Origin: Chiloscyllium plagiosum | Taxonomy: Eukaryota | Reading direction: 5' to 3' | Assembly (NCBI RefSeq): GCF_004010195.1 | Contig: NC_057719.1 | Span: 27,415,872 to 27,479,871, forward strand | DNA: 64,000 nt | Part shown: positions 1-12,236 of the stretch, one piece after another | Layout of the letters: each line of letters starts with the position of its first letter | How positions within the stretch are numbered: the first letter of the stretch is position 1 | Made by a program: the position numbers and the translations under genes | The notes under the pieces: generated by a model | Told to the model about the DNA's origin: nothing | Database searches by the model: none | What the model saw: the letters and a program-made list of their open reading frames with translations, nothing else

Positions 1-70
1 TTGCATGAGGCTAGAATTGAACTCAGATCCCTAGCACTGTGAGGCAGCACTGCTAACCATTGAGCCACCA
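1..70 (-). mobile_element. HE1-type SINE, tRNA-derived head (cut by window edge)
   Basis: Reverse complement reads tggtggctcaatggttagcagtgctgcctcacagtgctagggatctgagttcaattc (A and B boxes), matching other copies in the window. Confidence 0.85.
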
Positions 71-1154
71 TTACATTCCTAACACCAAAATGCCTATGTT
101 TTTTCTTCATTTATTAACCACTACCAGTAGGTCACCCGTGACTTCCAATTTATAATTTTCACACAAAGCCCTTTAAGGGTGAGGGAGGGTTAGTGAGAGG
201 GGGAGATGTCACCAACACAGATATCCTGCTAAATACATGATTTATATTGCATCAATTCTTAGAAATGATGTAATTAGCTCACTATTCCAAATGACTGTCT
301 GACATCTTCACAAAAAAGTTATCTTAACAGAACTGAAACCAAAATCTATTTTACCTCCACTTAGAACAAATTCACTGAATGAAAATAATACATATCATAC
401 ACCTTCATCACATTATAAAATTAATAGTGATAATTTCCACTTTTAACATTATGTTGGAAGGAAAGTTAGTGATGGAGCTGTTGTAGATCTTTGGGCCTAG
501 CACATCACCCTGAGGCACTGGTGGCTCTTGTGTTGTGGTGGCCTGGATTCATGTCGCTCCATTCCTGTACCGGTTAATTAGAGGAACTCATGCTGAAATG
601 TCCTACAACTGAAATACTTGATACCCAACAATTACAGTAATTCTCCTTCATGCTAACTATGATTCCAAACAGTGAAGTGTTTTCCTTTTGATTGCCATGA
701 ACTTCACATTAGCTGGCGCTCCATGATGCCCTGACGTGTAGGACACTTAGACACTTCAACTTCAGGAACGTAGTTGTAGAGCCTTGGACAAACAAGGACA
801 AAATGAGGTTGACATCAAATGTATACATGATGAAGATGCAGCAATGATGTCAGATTCACAGCACCAGATAAAGAGATCAGAATGGAGCAGAAGCTCCAGT
901 AAGTAAAAGTTCTTGCAAAAGAAACCTGGAGCTTCAGTGGCATACCTTTGTGAGACTAGACAGCCCTAAATAACTGACCATACCCCGACCATACAATAAG
1001 AAGGCAGTTCTGGAACCAAGTAGTTCTGGCAAAAATACAAACTGAATAACTGAGTACTGTTGACCAGTTATTATTGAGCAAGTGCCATTACACAGCACTG
1101 TCACCTGAAATCACTTTGCTGATGAGTCTGACTATCTATCTTATATTTTTTGCT

Positions 1155-1281
1155 AGGAGAAAGTGAGGATTGCAGGTGCTGGAGATCAGAGTAAAGGGTG
1201 TGGTGCTGGAAAAGCACAGCAGGTCAGGCAGCATCCGAGGAGCAGGGGAATCGACGTTTTGGGCATAATCTCTTCATCAGG
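1155..1281 (-). mobile_element. Solo Penelope-like terminal repeat (family B) with degenerate hammerhead
   Basis: Minus strand reads cCTGATGAagagattatgcccAAAAcgtc. 18-bp TSD tatcttatatttttt(g/a)ct at 1137-1154 and 1282-1299. Confidence 0.8.
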
Positions 1282-1419
1282 TATCTTATATTTTTTACTG
1301 TTCATTCAATTCTTCAAAGATCAGTTTCATTAAGAAATTACTCGACCGATTCACACAGATCCTAGATGCCCTCTACAGGACACTGTCATTTTGATCCCCC
1401 TCTCATGACAATTTACCAT

Positions 1420-1700
1420 TTAAAAGCTCATGGAAATTACATGTGCAGATATTTCGCTGGCTACAGTAAACTCAAATCCAATATTACCAGAAACACTTGT
1501 GATGCCTGAAAAGTCGGCTGCCTTTAGGGACTTGAACGGTTCTTTTACTGTCAGTCTGTGGAAATTGAAGTCTCCAATTACAATGCCCTGTTTTTGGAAA
1601 AAGCAAATCTGGTGCATTTAACCAGAAGGCTGTAATCAGGCAGCCCAAAGGTAATGCCAGTAAAGGTTTTATTTTTGTTCCTCATTTCCTGCTAGAGAGT
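1420..1700 (-). mobile_element. Highly decayed LINE APE-endonuclease fragment
   Basis: GIVIGDFNF motif in ORF 1420..1617, typical of CR1/L2 endonucleases. Confidence 0.5.
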
Positions 1701-2532
1701 TTCAACAGCCTGCTCTTCTTTCAGCAACCTCTCAATCTAGTGGTTTATACATAATTCTGTATGATTTATGATTTTCCTAAGATGCTCAAAACCTACCTAT
1801 ACCCCATAAGTGGAAGAGACAATGAAATCATCAGCCATGTTGTACAATTTATGATTTTACTGTGTTCAACTCCTACCTTCACAGCTTTCAGTTCAACAGA
1901 GGTGACAATGAAATCATGATTGGAGTGAATTGCTTCAATGTTATTTAAAACTATCCTCCCTGCAGCACACATTTATGTATTTTGTTGATAGTGCTATGCC
2001 TTCTGTAAAGGGTTGATAAAGGCCAGCTCTGAAATGAGTCTCCATGCCAACAGAAGTGAAAGCACCATCTAATTTAAATGACAGTATTGTTCTCAGAGTT
2101 AGGGCTGCCTCAGAGAAGCAGTGAATATAAATAGAATGTAGTGCAATATCCAGAATACCTTGGTGCTCTGTATCGAGTCAGGTAAAGCTAAAAGGTGTAA
2201 TTCCAACAACTTGTAAAAAGCATGAAGATCTAATATTTCTCCTGGTTAATTTTGGATCTCCTGGTTAAAATAATTCCTAGATCCTTCGTTGTACATCACA
2301 AATTAAACCTTTGATTGTAACTCAAGTCAACAAGGGATAAATCAACTAATTAATTTACAAACTGGCTGTACAAAATATGAATTTCAAGCAAGATAATTGA
2401 AAAGGCTAAAATGTACCTTTCAGCAGCTTGACAAGCACCAAGTGAGGTTAATTATTTAATACTAATTAAGTATCGTGTATCATTCCTGTAATTCCAAATA
2501 TATTGCAGAGTGCTTCACTTAAATTGACTACT

Positions 2533-3277
2533 TAGAACATGGGACATAGAACTGTACAGCACAAGAACAAGCCCTTTGTCCACCATGTCTGTGCTGACCA
2601 TGATGCCATCCGAAACCAATCCTATCTGTCTGCACACGGTCCATATGCCTCTATTTCCTGCCTGTTCGTGTGTCTATCTAAATGCCTCTTCAGCTTTGCC
2701 ATCGTGCCAGCTTCTTCTACCTCCCCTGGCAGCATGTTCCAGGTACCTCTTACCCTCTCTGTAAAACTTTCCTCACCATCTAGATTAGATTACGTACAGT
2801 GTGGAAACAGGCCCTTCAGCCCAACAAGTCCACACCGACCCTCCGAAGAGCAACCCACCCAGACCCATTCCCCTCCATTTACTCCTTCACCTAACACTAC
2901 GGGCAATTTAGCATGGCCAATTCACCTAACCTGCACATTTTTTGGACTGTGGGAAGAAACTGGAACACCCGGAGGAAACCTACGCAAACACAGGGAGAAT
3001 GTGCAAACTCCACACAGACAGTTGCATGAGGCGGGAATTGAACCTGGGTCTCTGACACTGTGAGGCAGCAGTGCTAACCACTGTGACACCATGCCGCCCC
3101 TGCTCTAGAATTTTCCCCTCTCACTTGAAACCTATGCTTCTTATTATTTGACATTTCCAACTCAGGAAAGAGACTCTGATTATTCATTCTATCCATACCC
3201 CTCATAACTTTACACACTTCTATTAGATTGCCTCTCAGCCTCTGATGCTTTAGCAAAAACAATCCAAGTTTGTCCAA
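2533..3277 (-). mobile_element. CR1 (HER1-like) LINE 3' end, interrupted by a SINE
   Basis: LGLFLL..RLRGNLIEVCKVMRGMDR ORF2 C-terminus and a (catagaa)-type tail. Confidence 0.9.
2781..3100 (-). mobile_element. HE1-type V-SINE, full length
   Basis: tRNA head, central V-domain, CR1-shared 3' tail ending in (aatct)n. Confidence 0.92.
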
Positions 3278-3933
3278 ACAAAAAATAGAAATTGCTGGAA
3301 AAACTCAGCATCTGGCAGTGGAGAGAAATGAGCGTTAACGTTTCAAGTTGAGTGACCCTTCCTCAGAACTGATGGTTGCTAGGAAAATGTCAATTTATGG
3401 AGAAGATAGAGTGGGGAGAGAGGGTAAAGAGTAAACAATAGGTGGGGATAGAGCCCAAAGAGAGAGAAGAACAATTGGAGAGACAAAGGAATCAATAACA
3501 ATCTGGCTGGGAGGATGAATAGCTATTAATGGGGACTGTTACTGGCTAAGAATGGGTTGTGTGTAACAGCAGACTATGTGTGAATAAGGTCCGGGGTGTG
3601 GGGGTGGGGTAAGGACATAGAGGATCTCAAGCCCTAAAGTTATTAAACTTGATATTGAGTTCAGAGGCTTGCAGGGTTCCCAAGCAAAAAATGAGGTACT
3701 GTTTGTCTAGCTTGTGCTGAGCTTCACTGGAGCATTGCAGCAAGCCTGAGACAGAGTTGTTGCCCAGGGAACATGGTGGTGTGTTAAAGTGGGTGTTCAG
3801 GGCCTTTTTTGTGGACACAATGGTGGTGTTCTGTGAAGTGGTCACCCAGTCTATGCTTCGTTTCCCCAATGTTGAGGAGACCACTCTGTGAGCAGCAAAT
3901 GCGAAAGACTAGATTGTGTGAAGTGCAAGTAAA

Positions 3934-4250
3934 GGGGTGGCATGGTGGCTCAGTGGTTAGTACTGCAGCCTCACAGTGCCAGGATCCCAGGTTCGATTCG
4001 AGGGTGACCGTCTGTGTGGAGTTCGCACATTCTCCCTGTGTCTGCGTGGGTTTCCTCCAGGTGCTCTGGTTTCCTCCCACAGTCCAAAGATGTGCAGGTC
4101 AGGTGAATTGGCCATGCTAAATTGCCCATGGTGTTAGGTGCATTAGTCAGAGGGAAATGGATCTGGGTGGGTTACTCTTCGGAGGGTCGGCGTGGACTGG
4201 TTGGGCCAAAGGGCCTGTTTCCACACTGTAGGGAATCTAATCTAATCTAA
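3934..4250 (+). mobile_element. HE1-type V-SINE, full length, inserted in the Penelope element
   Basis: ggggtggcatggtggctcagtggttag head, V-domain, (aatct)n tail. Confidence 0.92.
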
Positions 4251-4524
4251 GGCATTGCTTCATCTGGAGGATGTGTTAGGGCACTTGGATACAGAGAAGG
4301 GAGGAAGTAAATGGCTAGGTGTTACACCTTCTGCAGTTGCAGCGGAAGATGCCATGGGTCTATGGGGAGGTGTTGGAAGTGAAGGAAGAGTGAACCAGGG
4401 TGTCCCAGAGGAAACAGTCACTGTGGAAGGTGGATGTAGATGGGATGATAGGTAAGGACTAGGGGTCCCTATCGCTGTTGCAGGAGGGAAGAGAGCGGGT
4501 GAGGGCTGAAGTGTGAGCTGGGTT

Positions 4525-7067
4525 TTTTTTTTCAAAAATATACTTTATTCATAAACAATTTGATGGTCTGTACAATTGGTCATGCCATACATATGTAAAC
4601 ATGTACATACAGAGATCAAAACTTATCATTTTTATACAGGTCTGTACATTTTTTGATCATATGCCCATATAATTAGCTGAGGCGTCAGCAGAGCCCAAAT
4701 GACTGCATGGGCCCCCTGTTCTTCGTTAGGCAGGCAGACTTTACACAGTGGTCTTTCCCCACCGCACCTTGGCGGCAGCTGCCCCAAGCTTCAGCGCGTC
4801 CCTCAACACGTAGTCCTGGACCTTGGAATGTGCCAGTCTGCAACACTCAGTCGGGGTCAACTCCTTCAGCTGGAAGATCAGCAGGTTTCGGACCACCCAG
4901 AGAGCATCCTTCACCAAGTTGATAATTCTCCAGGCACAGTTGATGTTTGTCTCGGTGTGCGTCCCGGGGAACAGACCGTAGAGCACGGAGTCCCGTGTCA
5001 CGGCGCTGCTTGGGACGAACCTCAACAAACACCACTGCAGTCCTCTCCAGACTTCCTCTGCAGAGGCACATTCCAGAAGGAGGTGTGTGACAGTCTCGTC
5101 CCCGCCGCAGCCGCTTCGAGGGCAGCGTGCGGTGCGGCTGAGAGTCCAGGCGTGCATAAAGGATCTCACAGGCAGAGCCCTTCTCACCACCAGCCAAGCC
5201 ATGTCTTGGTGCTTGTTGGAAAGTTCTGGTGATGAGGCATTCTGCCAAATGGCTTTGACAGTCTGCTCAGGGAACCGCTCAATAGGATCCACCCTCTCCT
5301 TTTCCCGAAGGGTCTCAAGGACACTACATGCTGACCACTTCCCTACACTTCCTTGTGGTCAAAGGTGTTTTTCTTCATAAATTTCTCCACGAAGGACAGG
5401 TGATACGGAACGGTCCAACTACTCGAAGCGTTCCGCGGCAGCGAGGCCAGGCCTATCCTTCACAACACCGGGGACAGGTAGAACCTCAGTACGTAGTGAC
5501 ACTTGGTGTTTGCGTACCGGGGATCCACGCACAGCTTGATGCAGCCACACACAAAGGTGGTCATCAGGGTGAGGGTGGCATTGGGTGTATTTTTTCCCCC
5601 GTTGCCCAGATCTTTATACAGTGAGTCCCTTCGGACCCGGTCCATCTTTGACCTCCATATAACCTGGAAGATGGCCCGGGTGACTGCAGCGGCACAGGTT
5701 CTGGGAATAGGCCAGACCTGTGCCACGTATAATAGCAATGACAGTGCCTCACACCTGATGACCAGGTTTTTTCCCGCAATGGAGAGCTTCCATCTGCCCA
5801 GTTTCTGCTTCACTTTGCTGATACGCTCCTCCCAAGACTTGGCTCACGCCCCAGCCCTTCCGAACCAAATACCCAGCACCTCCAGGTGGTCGGTCCTGAC
5901 GGTTAAGGGGATCAAGGATTGGTTGGCCCAGTTCCCGAAGAGCATGGCCTGGCTCTTGCCTCGGTTTACCTTGGCCCCCGAGGCCCATTCGAACTGGTCA
6001 CAAATGCACGAGTCTGCGCACGGACAGCGGATCTGAGCAGAAAACGGCGACGTCATCCATGTACAGGGAGGCCTTAACCTGCAGGCCCCCACTGCCAGGA
6101 ATAGTCACCCCTCTCAGGCTTGCATCCTTCCTGATGGACTCGACAAATGGTTCTATGCAGCACACAAACAAGGCAGGAGAGAGGGGGCAGCCCTGCCTTA
6201 CTCCAGATCTAACTGGGAAGCTATCTGATTCCCACCCGTTGATTGAGACTGCACTGACAATGTTGGTGTAGAGCAGTCTGATCCAATTGCAGATTCCCTC
6301 CCCAAAGCCCATTTTGGAGAGAACATCTCTCATATACGTGTGATATCCTGTCAAAGGCTTTCTCCTGGTCCAAGCTGATCAGGCAGGTGTCCAACCCTCT
6401 GTCCTGCACGTAGGCGATCGTATCCCTGAAGCGTGCGAGACTCTCAGCGATCTTCCTGCCCGGCACAGCACAGGTTTGGTCAGGGTGAATCACCGACCCC
6501 AGAGCAGACCTGACCCAGTTGGCGATTACCTTTGACAGAATTTTGTAATCTGCATTCAACAGTGAGATTGGTCTCCAATTTTTGAGTTCCTCCCTCTCCC
6601 CCTTCCGCTTGTAGACGAGGGTGATGATGCCTTTCCTCATGGATTCACTCATGGTACCTGCCCGAAGCATACTGACATACACCTCCAGCAGATCCTGGCC
6701 AATCAAGTCCCACAGAGCAGAATAGAGCTCGACCGGTAAGCCGTCACTTCCGGGAGTTTTATTCTTTTCGAACGACTCGAGGGCCTTGGTCAGCTCGTCC
6801 AGAGATAGCAGCTGGTCCAGCCTCTCCCGTGTTCTGTCGTCTAAGACCTCCGTGATAGAGGACAGGAACGACTGGGAGGCCGCGCTGTTGGTCGGCTTCG
6901 CGTCATACAGACTGGCGCAGAAGGATTTACTGATCCTCATGACGTCAGCCTGAGATGATGTTAGCGAGCCATCTTCTTCCTTCAGGCTGCTGAGCACAGA
7001 CCTCTCTTTGTGCACCTTCTGGAAGAAGAAACGTGAGCACATCTCGTCTTGCTCCACCGAGCGGACC
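4525..7067 (-). mobile_element. Tx1-clade (L1 group) LINE, 5'-truncated, with frameshifted ORF2
   Basis: RT motifs KTPGSDGL, WRPISLLNADYKI, LDQEKAFDR, GVRQGCPLSP and YMDD; C-terminal CPRSGC...THLLLEC zinc knuckle; AATAAA plus poly(A); TSD ctgggtt at 4518-4524 and 7068-7074. High CpG content suggests a young copy. Confidence 0.92.
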
Positions 7068-7380
7068 CTGGGTTGGACCAGGCTGAGGGCCCTGTCAACA
7101 ACAGTGCTGGGGAATCCACAGATGAGGAAGAAGGTGGACATTTTGGAGGCTTCCTTGTTAAAGTTGGCCTTACTGGAAAAATGGATTAGGGTCTTAACAG
7201 GAAGCAAGGTGTGAGGATGTATAGTCCAGGTACCTAGGTTTGTTGAACCTCTCCTTCTTGCTACTACACTCCAATCCAGGCAACATCCTGGTTAACCTCT
7301 TCCATGTTTATCAGAAAAATCCAGGAGACTAATAAGATAGCAGTTTTTGTTTCCATCAGCAGATGCGTAGATTCGGTCAC

Positions 7381-7515
7381 CTTTACTGTTTACAAGCAGG
7401 GGAGATTGTATTCCTTTTGTATATGGTACATTGTGTACACAAACCAATTCCAAGCAAGATATTTGAAAAGACTGAAGTTGACCCTTCAGCAGCCGGTCAT
7501 GGGTTGAGGTCAGAA
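7381..7515 (-). CDS. Candidate internal coding exon C (LTSTHDRLLKGQLQSFQISCLELVCVHNVPYTKGIQSPLLVNSK)
   Basis: Pyrimidine tract ttctatttgccttttctg followed by a GAGCAG (NAGNAG) acceptor, donor AAG|gtgacc, 135 nt. The only open frame is phase 1 to 1, matching the end phase of exon B. Confidence 0.45.
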
Positions 7516-8104
7516 CTGCTCCAGAAAAGGCAAATAGAAGTATTCATCTGTGAACGACTGGAATGTTGTCAAAACCATGATTTCATTTACAGGTCTAAAG
7601 GAATTCTTTGAGTAACTGTCCCATGATTCCTGGAATGTTCCAGTGAAACGTCGAAATGGGATCCTGTAATAACTCAGGAGACCAGACCAAAAAGGAACGT
7701 CATTTATTGTTGAATACAAAAATAGAGCCATTACTTGTGTCACATATAGGCTAGTCCCAGCCTGGTGAAGAGAGTTCTGCGCACCTATCCCTGGGTCTGC
7801 TTTATTTTCTTATATCCCCAAGTGTTATCACACACACTGAATGGCTTTTCCACCACCAAATCACCGTGACTTGTTTTCTTATTTTTAACTATCAACTGCC
7901 ATCAGTAAAATCATCGATGTTGCCAACTGGATATTTACATGAAAAGCCCTTTACAGGAGTTGCAAGCCATCAAACATGAGGGAGGGGTAGGGAGAACAGG
8001 AACAGGCTGAATCAAACTAGAGCCTGAAGGGGGAATAAAGTACTATACACACTGCAGTGCCCATCTCTCTCTAAAAGTTAGGTCTCTTTTAATTTTTTTT
8101 GTCC

Positions 8105-8765
8105 AGATAGAGTGATAGAGATGTATAGCATGGAAACATACCCTTCGGTCCAACTTGTCCATGCCGACCAGATATCCCAACCCAATCTAGTCCCACCTGC
8201 CAGCACCCGCCCATATCCCTCCAAACCTTTCCTATCCATATACCCATCCAAATGCCTCTTACATGTTGCAATTGTACCAGCCTCCACCACTTCCTCTGGC
8301 AGCTCATTCCATACACATACCACCCTCTGCGTGAAAAGGTTGTCCCTTAGGTCTCCTTTATATCTTTCCCCTCTCATCCTAAACTATGCCCTCTAGTTCT
8401 GGACTCCCTCATCCCAGGGAAAAGACTTTGCCTATTTACCCTATCCATGCCTCTCATAATTTTGTACACCTCAATAAAGTTACTCCTCAGCCTCCGATGC
8501 TCCAGGGAAAACAGCCCCAGCCTGTTCAGCCTCTTCCTGTAGCTCAAATCCTCCAACCCTGGCAACATGCTTGTAAATCTTTTCTGAACCCTTTCAAGTT
8601 TCACAACATCTTTCCGATAGGAAGGAGACCAGAATTGCACGCAATATTCCAATAGTGGCCTAACCGACGTCCTGTACAACCGCAACATGACCTCCCAACT
8701 CCTGTACTCAATACTCTGACCAATGAAAGAAAGCATACCAAATGCCTTCTTCACTATTCTATCTG
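8105..8765 (-). mobile_element. CR1 (HER1-like) LINE 3' fragment
   Basis: VRPLLEYCVQFWSP...LERVQKRFT...FTQRVVCVWNELP in ORFs 8374..8754 and 8078..8377. Confidence 0.93.
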
Positions 8766-9194
8766 CTATGTGTTAGCATACACAACAGAATGGCTTTCCC
8801 AATGCCCAATCACGATGACCTTTTTTTTAACCATTAGTCACCACCATTAAATAACCCGTGTAAACAATCAGAAATTTCCATGCAAAGTCCATTTACGGGC
8901 AATACACACCATCAAAACTGAGGGGAGATCAGGAGAGGGAAATAGGCTGAATCAAAACAGAGCTGGAGGGTGAACTAAGGCACTATATCCCCGGCTGTGC
9001 CACCTCTCTCTAAAGGCACTGAGAGCATTGATGGACAAAGTGTGCTTTCTCTCCAGTGATACCCGGGCATGAACATAACCATAGAAGAGGGGCAGACAAT
9101 AGGTAGATATGACCCCCTCCACAGCCCGCTGCTTAGACCCGTTGGTCTACTTTATAATATTAATTTTTTAAAGGAATGTAACTTATTTTTTTAA

Positions 9195-9295
9195 ATAAAC
9201 TATTCAGAGATGCTATAACACACCTCTGGAGCAGGTTGGGCTTGAACCCAAACCTCTCTGTCCAGACACAGTGCCACTGCATCACAAGGGATTCC
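9195..9295 (-). mobile_element. Second tRNA-like SINE head
   Basis: Minus strand reads ccttgtgatgcagtggca...gggttcaagcccaacctgctccagaggtgtg. Related decayed heads at about 12790-12880, 16985-17050 and 38150-38225. Confidence 0.55.
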
Positions 9296-9307
9296 TTTTC
9301 AAAGTAC

Positions 9308-9377
9308 AGAGACTGCTGAGATTTGAACCCAGGATCTCCTGTTTAGGAGGCAGGCACTTTAACTAAGCTCAGGTGAT
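9308..9377 (-). pseudogene. tRNA-Thr(AGT)-derived pseudogene or element head
   Basis: Minus strand atcacctgagcttagttaaagtgcctgcctcctaaacaggagatcctgggttcaaatctcagcagtctct aligns with vertebrate tRNA-Thr-AGT (GCTTAG..TTAAAGCGCCTGTCTAGTAAACAGGAGATCCTGGGTTCGAATCCCAGCGG). D-loop is shortened, anticodon reads CCT, acceptor stem is broken. Confidence 0.75.
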
Positions 9378-9856
9378 GCATTCCAACTGGGTAGGTTATT
9401 GCCTATTTCCAAAGAAACTCATTCAACAAGCTTCACTGGGAAATTAATTAATGATTCCCCACAAGCCTTATCACATCTACATCAAGTATGATTGACTGCT
9501 CATTAGAACATTAACAACCAGTGTTAATACTTGATAACTTTAATCTTCAGCTGCCTTCTAATTACACTGAAAAATAAAACTTCAGTCATCCATCCCAGGT
9601 ATTTCTGGTGGTCATCTACAACATCAGATTTATTGCTTAGATTAGATTCCCTACAGTGTGGAAACTTTGACCCAACAAGTCCACACTGACCCACCAAAGA
9701 GTAACCCACCCCTCTGATTAATGCACCTAACACTGTGGACAATTTAACATGACTAATTCACCTGACCTGCACATCTTTGGATTGTGGGAGGAAACCCAGG
9801 CAGACACAGGGAGAATGTGCAAAGTCTACACAGCCAGTCACCCAAGGCTGGAATTG

Positions 9857-9948
9857 GGCTGAAAATGTGTTGCTGGAAAAGCGCAGCAGGTCAGGCAGCA
9901 TCCAGGGAACAGGAGAATCGACGTTTCGGTCATAAGCCCTTCTTCAGG
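9857..9948 (-). mobile_element. Solo Penelope-like terminal repeat (family B) inserted in a SINE
   Basis: Perfect 13-bp TSD aaggctggaattg at 9844-9856 and 9949-9961. Confidence 0.85.
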
Positions 9949-9949
9949 A
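9918..9949 (-). ncRNA. Minimal type I hammerhead ribozyme motif (family B), near intact
   Basis: tc-CTGAAGA-a-gggc-ttat-gacc-GAAA-cg-TC-ga. One stem II mismatch, palindromic ACGT stem III, GUC triplet. Confidence 0.7.
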
Positions 9950-10939
9950 AGGCTGGAATTGAACCTGGTAGCAGTGCTAACCACTGTGCCACCCCATGGG
10001 TATGATTTTGGAAATTGAGCTGAAACAGCCTAGCAAATTGAATTTACCTTCATTGGCAGCAACACTACACTAAATTTGAAATGTTGTACATTTGAAAAAC
10101 AATATTACCTGATTAAAACTTTGCTGATGCAAAAACCTTGTATGTAAACAAATTTAAACAATCATCTCACTTTTCTTGTGCAAAACTCTTATTCAACAAA
10201 TGTTGTGCTCAATTAGAGCTCTATCAGTCCCGAGTTCAGTTCAAGTTTCTTTCTCATATTGCATCGCCCTATAATTTTCTACCATTCATTAAGCTTGAAT
10301 GTAGCCCTGGATACAGACAAGACAAACACAATTAGTTAATTAAACACAAAGAAGATACTTCATTCAAATTGCAGGCTTCATGCTACACAGTAGGCTACTC
10401 AGGTGTCACACAACTTCAGTTCCATTTTATGAGGCAGTATATGACCTCCTTCACAAAATCTTGTTTTAAAATGGTGTGACTGCAAAGCAATCCTGATTTA
10501 CTTTCTCCAAAGTGCAGCAAGAGAAGAAAACCCTTTGTCCTAGCAGTGCTCAACTCCTTGTTCAAATTTGTCTGAGCTGTGAACAATTTCAGAAGGTCAC
10601 TTCTTTTAACAGCTAATCCGACATGAAGGATTTCAATTATAATAGGAAGAGAGTGTGTGTCGCTTACCTTCTTTCAGCTGCTTTTGCACAAAGCTACAGT
10701 CCACTGAGGTTTACTGAACATGGTTTAGGCCATGTTACAAACATGGGGAAAGGAGATGGTCCCAAAAGCTACCTCAGCCAGTACGGGGATTAAACCGAGG
10801 CTGATGGCTTTTTTCTGTACCATACACTTGTTAGCCCTGTTGGTAGGAAAGGCAGGAATTTCACTTCATACTAGAACACGTTGTACAGAAGTAGTTAAGG
10901 AAACAAATTTGATACAGACACAGAGATTACTGTCACTGA

Positions 10940-11290
10940 TTCATCAGCAAAGGTCAGAGGTGCAGATGTTTGCTGATAATTGCACAAATTCAGGACTATT
11001 CATGACTCTTCAGATACTAAAGCAGTCCATGACCAAATGCAGCAAGATTTGGATGACATTCAGGCTTAGGCTAGTCAGTGGTAAGTAACATTCATGCCTT
11101 ACAAGTGCCAGGCAATGACCATCTCCAACAAGAAAGAGTCCAATCATCACCCCTTGACATTTAATAACATTACCATCACTTAATCACACAAGAAACATTC
11201 TGGGAGTTATTATCGACAAGAAACTGAATTGGACCAACCAGATAAATGCTGTGCTATGAGAACAGATTAGAGTTTGGAAATTTAGTAGTG
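10940..11290 (+). mobile_element. CR1/L2-group LINE (second family) RT fragment
   Basis: RSEVQMFADNCT; homologous to 20534-21065. Confidence 0.75.
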
Positions 11291-12002
11291 GTGAAGGAGT
11301 GATTTGCTCCGACTGTATTTGCTGGTCAAAATGCGGCCTCCTCTTCACCTGGAAAACCAAATGCAGTCAAGGAGGGGGGTGACCACTTTGTGCAACACCA
11401 CTGCTCAGTCCACAAGCATGAGTCTGACCTTCCAGTCATTTTCCATTTCCATTCACAATTTCTTGCTTTTGTGCTTAGATTTTTGTCCTAAGCTTGCTGC
11501 AGTCTTCCCATGAAGTTTAATACGTACTGGAGGAACAGCATCTCATTGACACTTAAGCACTTTATAGCTTTCTGAGCTCAACACTGAGTTCAACAACTTC
11601 ATACCATGAACGTTTCCTCAATTTCAATACTTCCACCCACCTCAGCCCACAATCATATCTATATCCCACCCCTACCATTTGTCTGTATTCTTTTCATGCT
11701 TGTCCTTTCAGTCACAAATGATGCTTCTTCTGTTAAAACCCTGCTATGGATCTATATTTTGCCTTAATCAATATCACTCCCTTTGTCTTTTATTCTATGA
11801 GATCTCTGATCTCTAATTGCCCTCTAATATTTTCCCGACCTCCCCTTTCGTTTCAGTTGCTCTATCCCACCTTTGTTTCAAAGAAGAGTCATATCAGCTT
11901 CAAAACATTAACTCTGTTTCTCCCCCATAGATGCTGCCAAACCTGCTGAATTTCTCCAGAACTTTCCTCTTTTTTCTTATTTTAGATTTCCAGCATCTAC
12001 AA
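11290..12002 (+). mobile_element. Penelope-like element 3' end, decayed
   Basis: GIY-YIG relic (tgcggcctcctc...ctggaggaacagcatctcatt...ctcaacactgagttcaacaacttc) and a family C terminal repeat at about 11875-12002. Confidence 0.7.
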
Positions 12003-12145
12003 TATTGCTGCTTTGTAGAACTGTCAACGACTCACTGATAAAGTCATTAACAGGGTTGAATTTGTCCTGTTTTTTGTTGACATGATAAAGCTGGGACATT
12101 TTCTTCATTGTCAGTTAGATGCCAGTGTTGTAACTGTACTGGAAC

Positions 12146-12236
12146 CTGATGATGGACTTATGCCTGAAACATCGATTCTCCTGCTCCTCAGATGCTGCCT
12201 AACCGGCTGTGCTTTTCCAGCACCACACTCTCGACT
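12146..12236 (+). mobile_element. Solo Penelope-like terminal repeat (family B) inside a minus-strand LINE fragment (about 12045-12430)
   Basis: CTGATGAtggacttatgcctGAAAcatc; TSD ctggaac at 12139-12145 and 12237-12243. Confidence 0.75.

Larger units (their letters stand above)
3278..7225 (-). mobile_element. Penelope-like element, 3' part, in three pieces (3278-3933, 4251-4524, 7068-7225)
   Basis: GIY-YIG relic FTCTSHNLVFRICCSQSGLLNIGETKHRLGDHFTEH...LIFCLGTLQASELNIKFNNF. Terminal repeat with a hammerhead-like CTGAGGA...GAAACGTT at about 3335-3367 (family C). Confidence 0.85.
7665..9380 (-). mobile_element. LTR-like composite repeat, unclassified, interrupted by CR1
   Basis: Minus strand: TATA-like gatataag (7809-7816), AATAAA (7703-7708), ends ...ttattaCA at 7665. 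Two diverged ~250-bp internal units (7823-8077, 8771-9015). 5' boundary uncertain. Confidence 0.4.
9637..9995 (-). mobile_element. HE1-type V-SINE with internal insertion
   Basis: Tail, V-domain and partial head are present; split at 9857-9948. Confidence 0.9.

Noticed and set aside
2539..3063. 174-aa ORF and similar antisense ORFs over CR1, HE1 and Tx1
   Set aside because: Shadow frames of repeats with no independent coding evidence.
9308..9377. Functional tRNA-Arg(CCT)
   Set aside because: The body is tRNA-Thr, the D-loop is deleted and the acceptor stem does not pair.
9526..9566. Short minus-strand exon VIRRQLKIKVIK
   Set aside because: Weak donor and phase incompatible with exons B and C.
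10668..10713. Minus-strand exon ending in the strong donor AAG|gtaagc
   Set aside because: Weak acceptor, stops in most frames, and it lies within a decayed SINE-like repeat.
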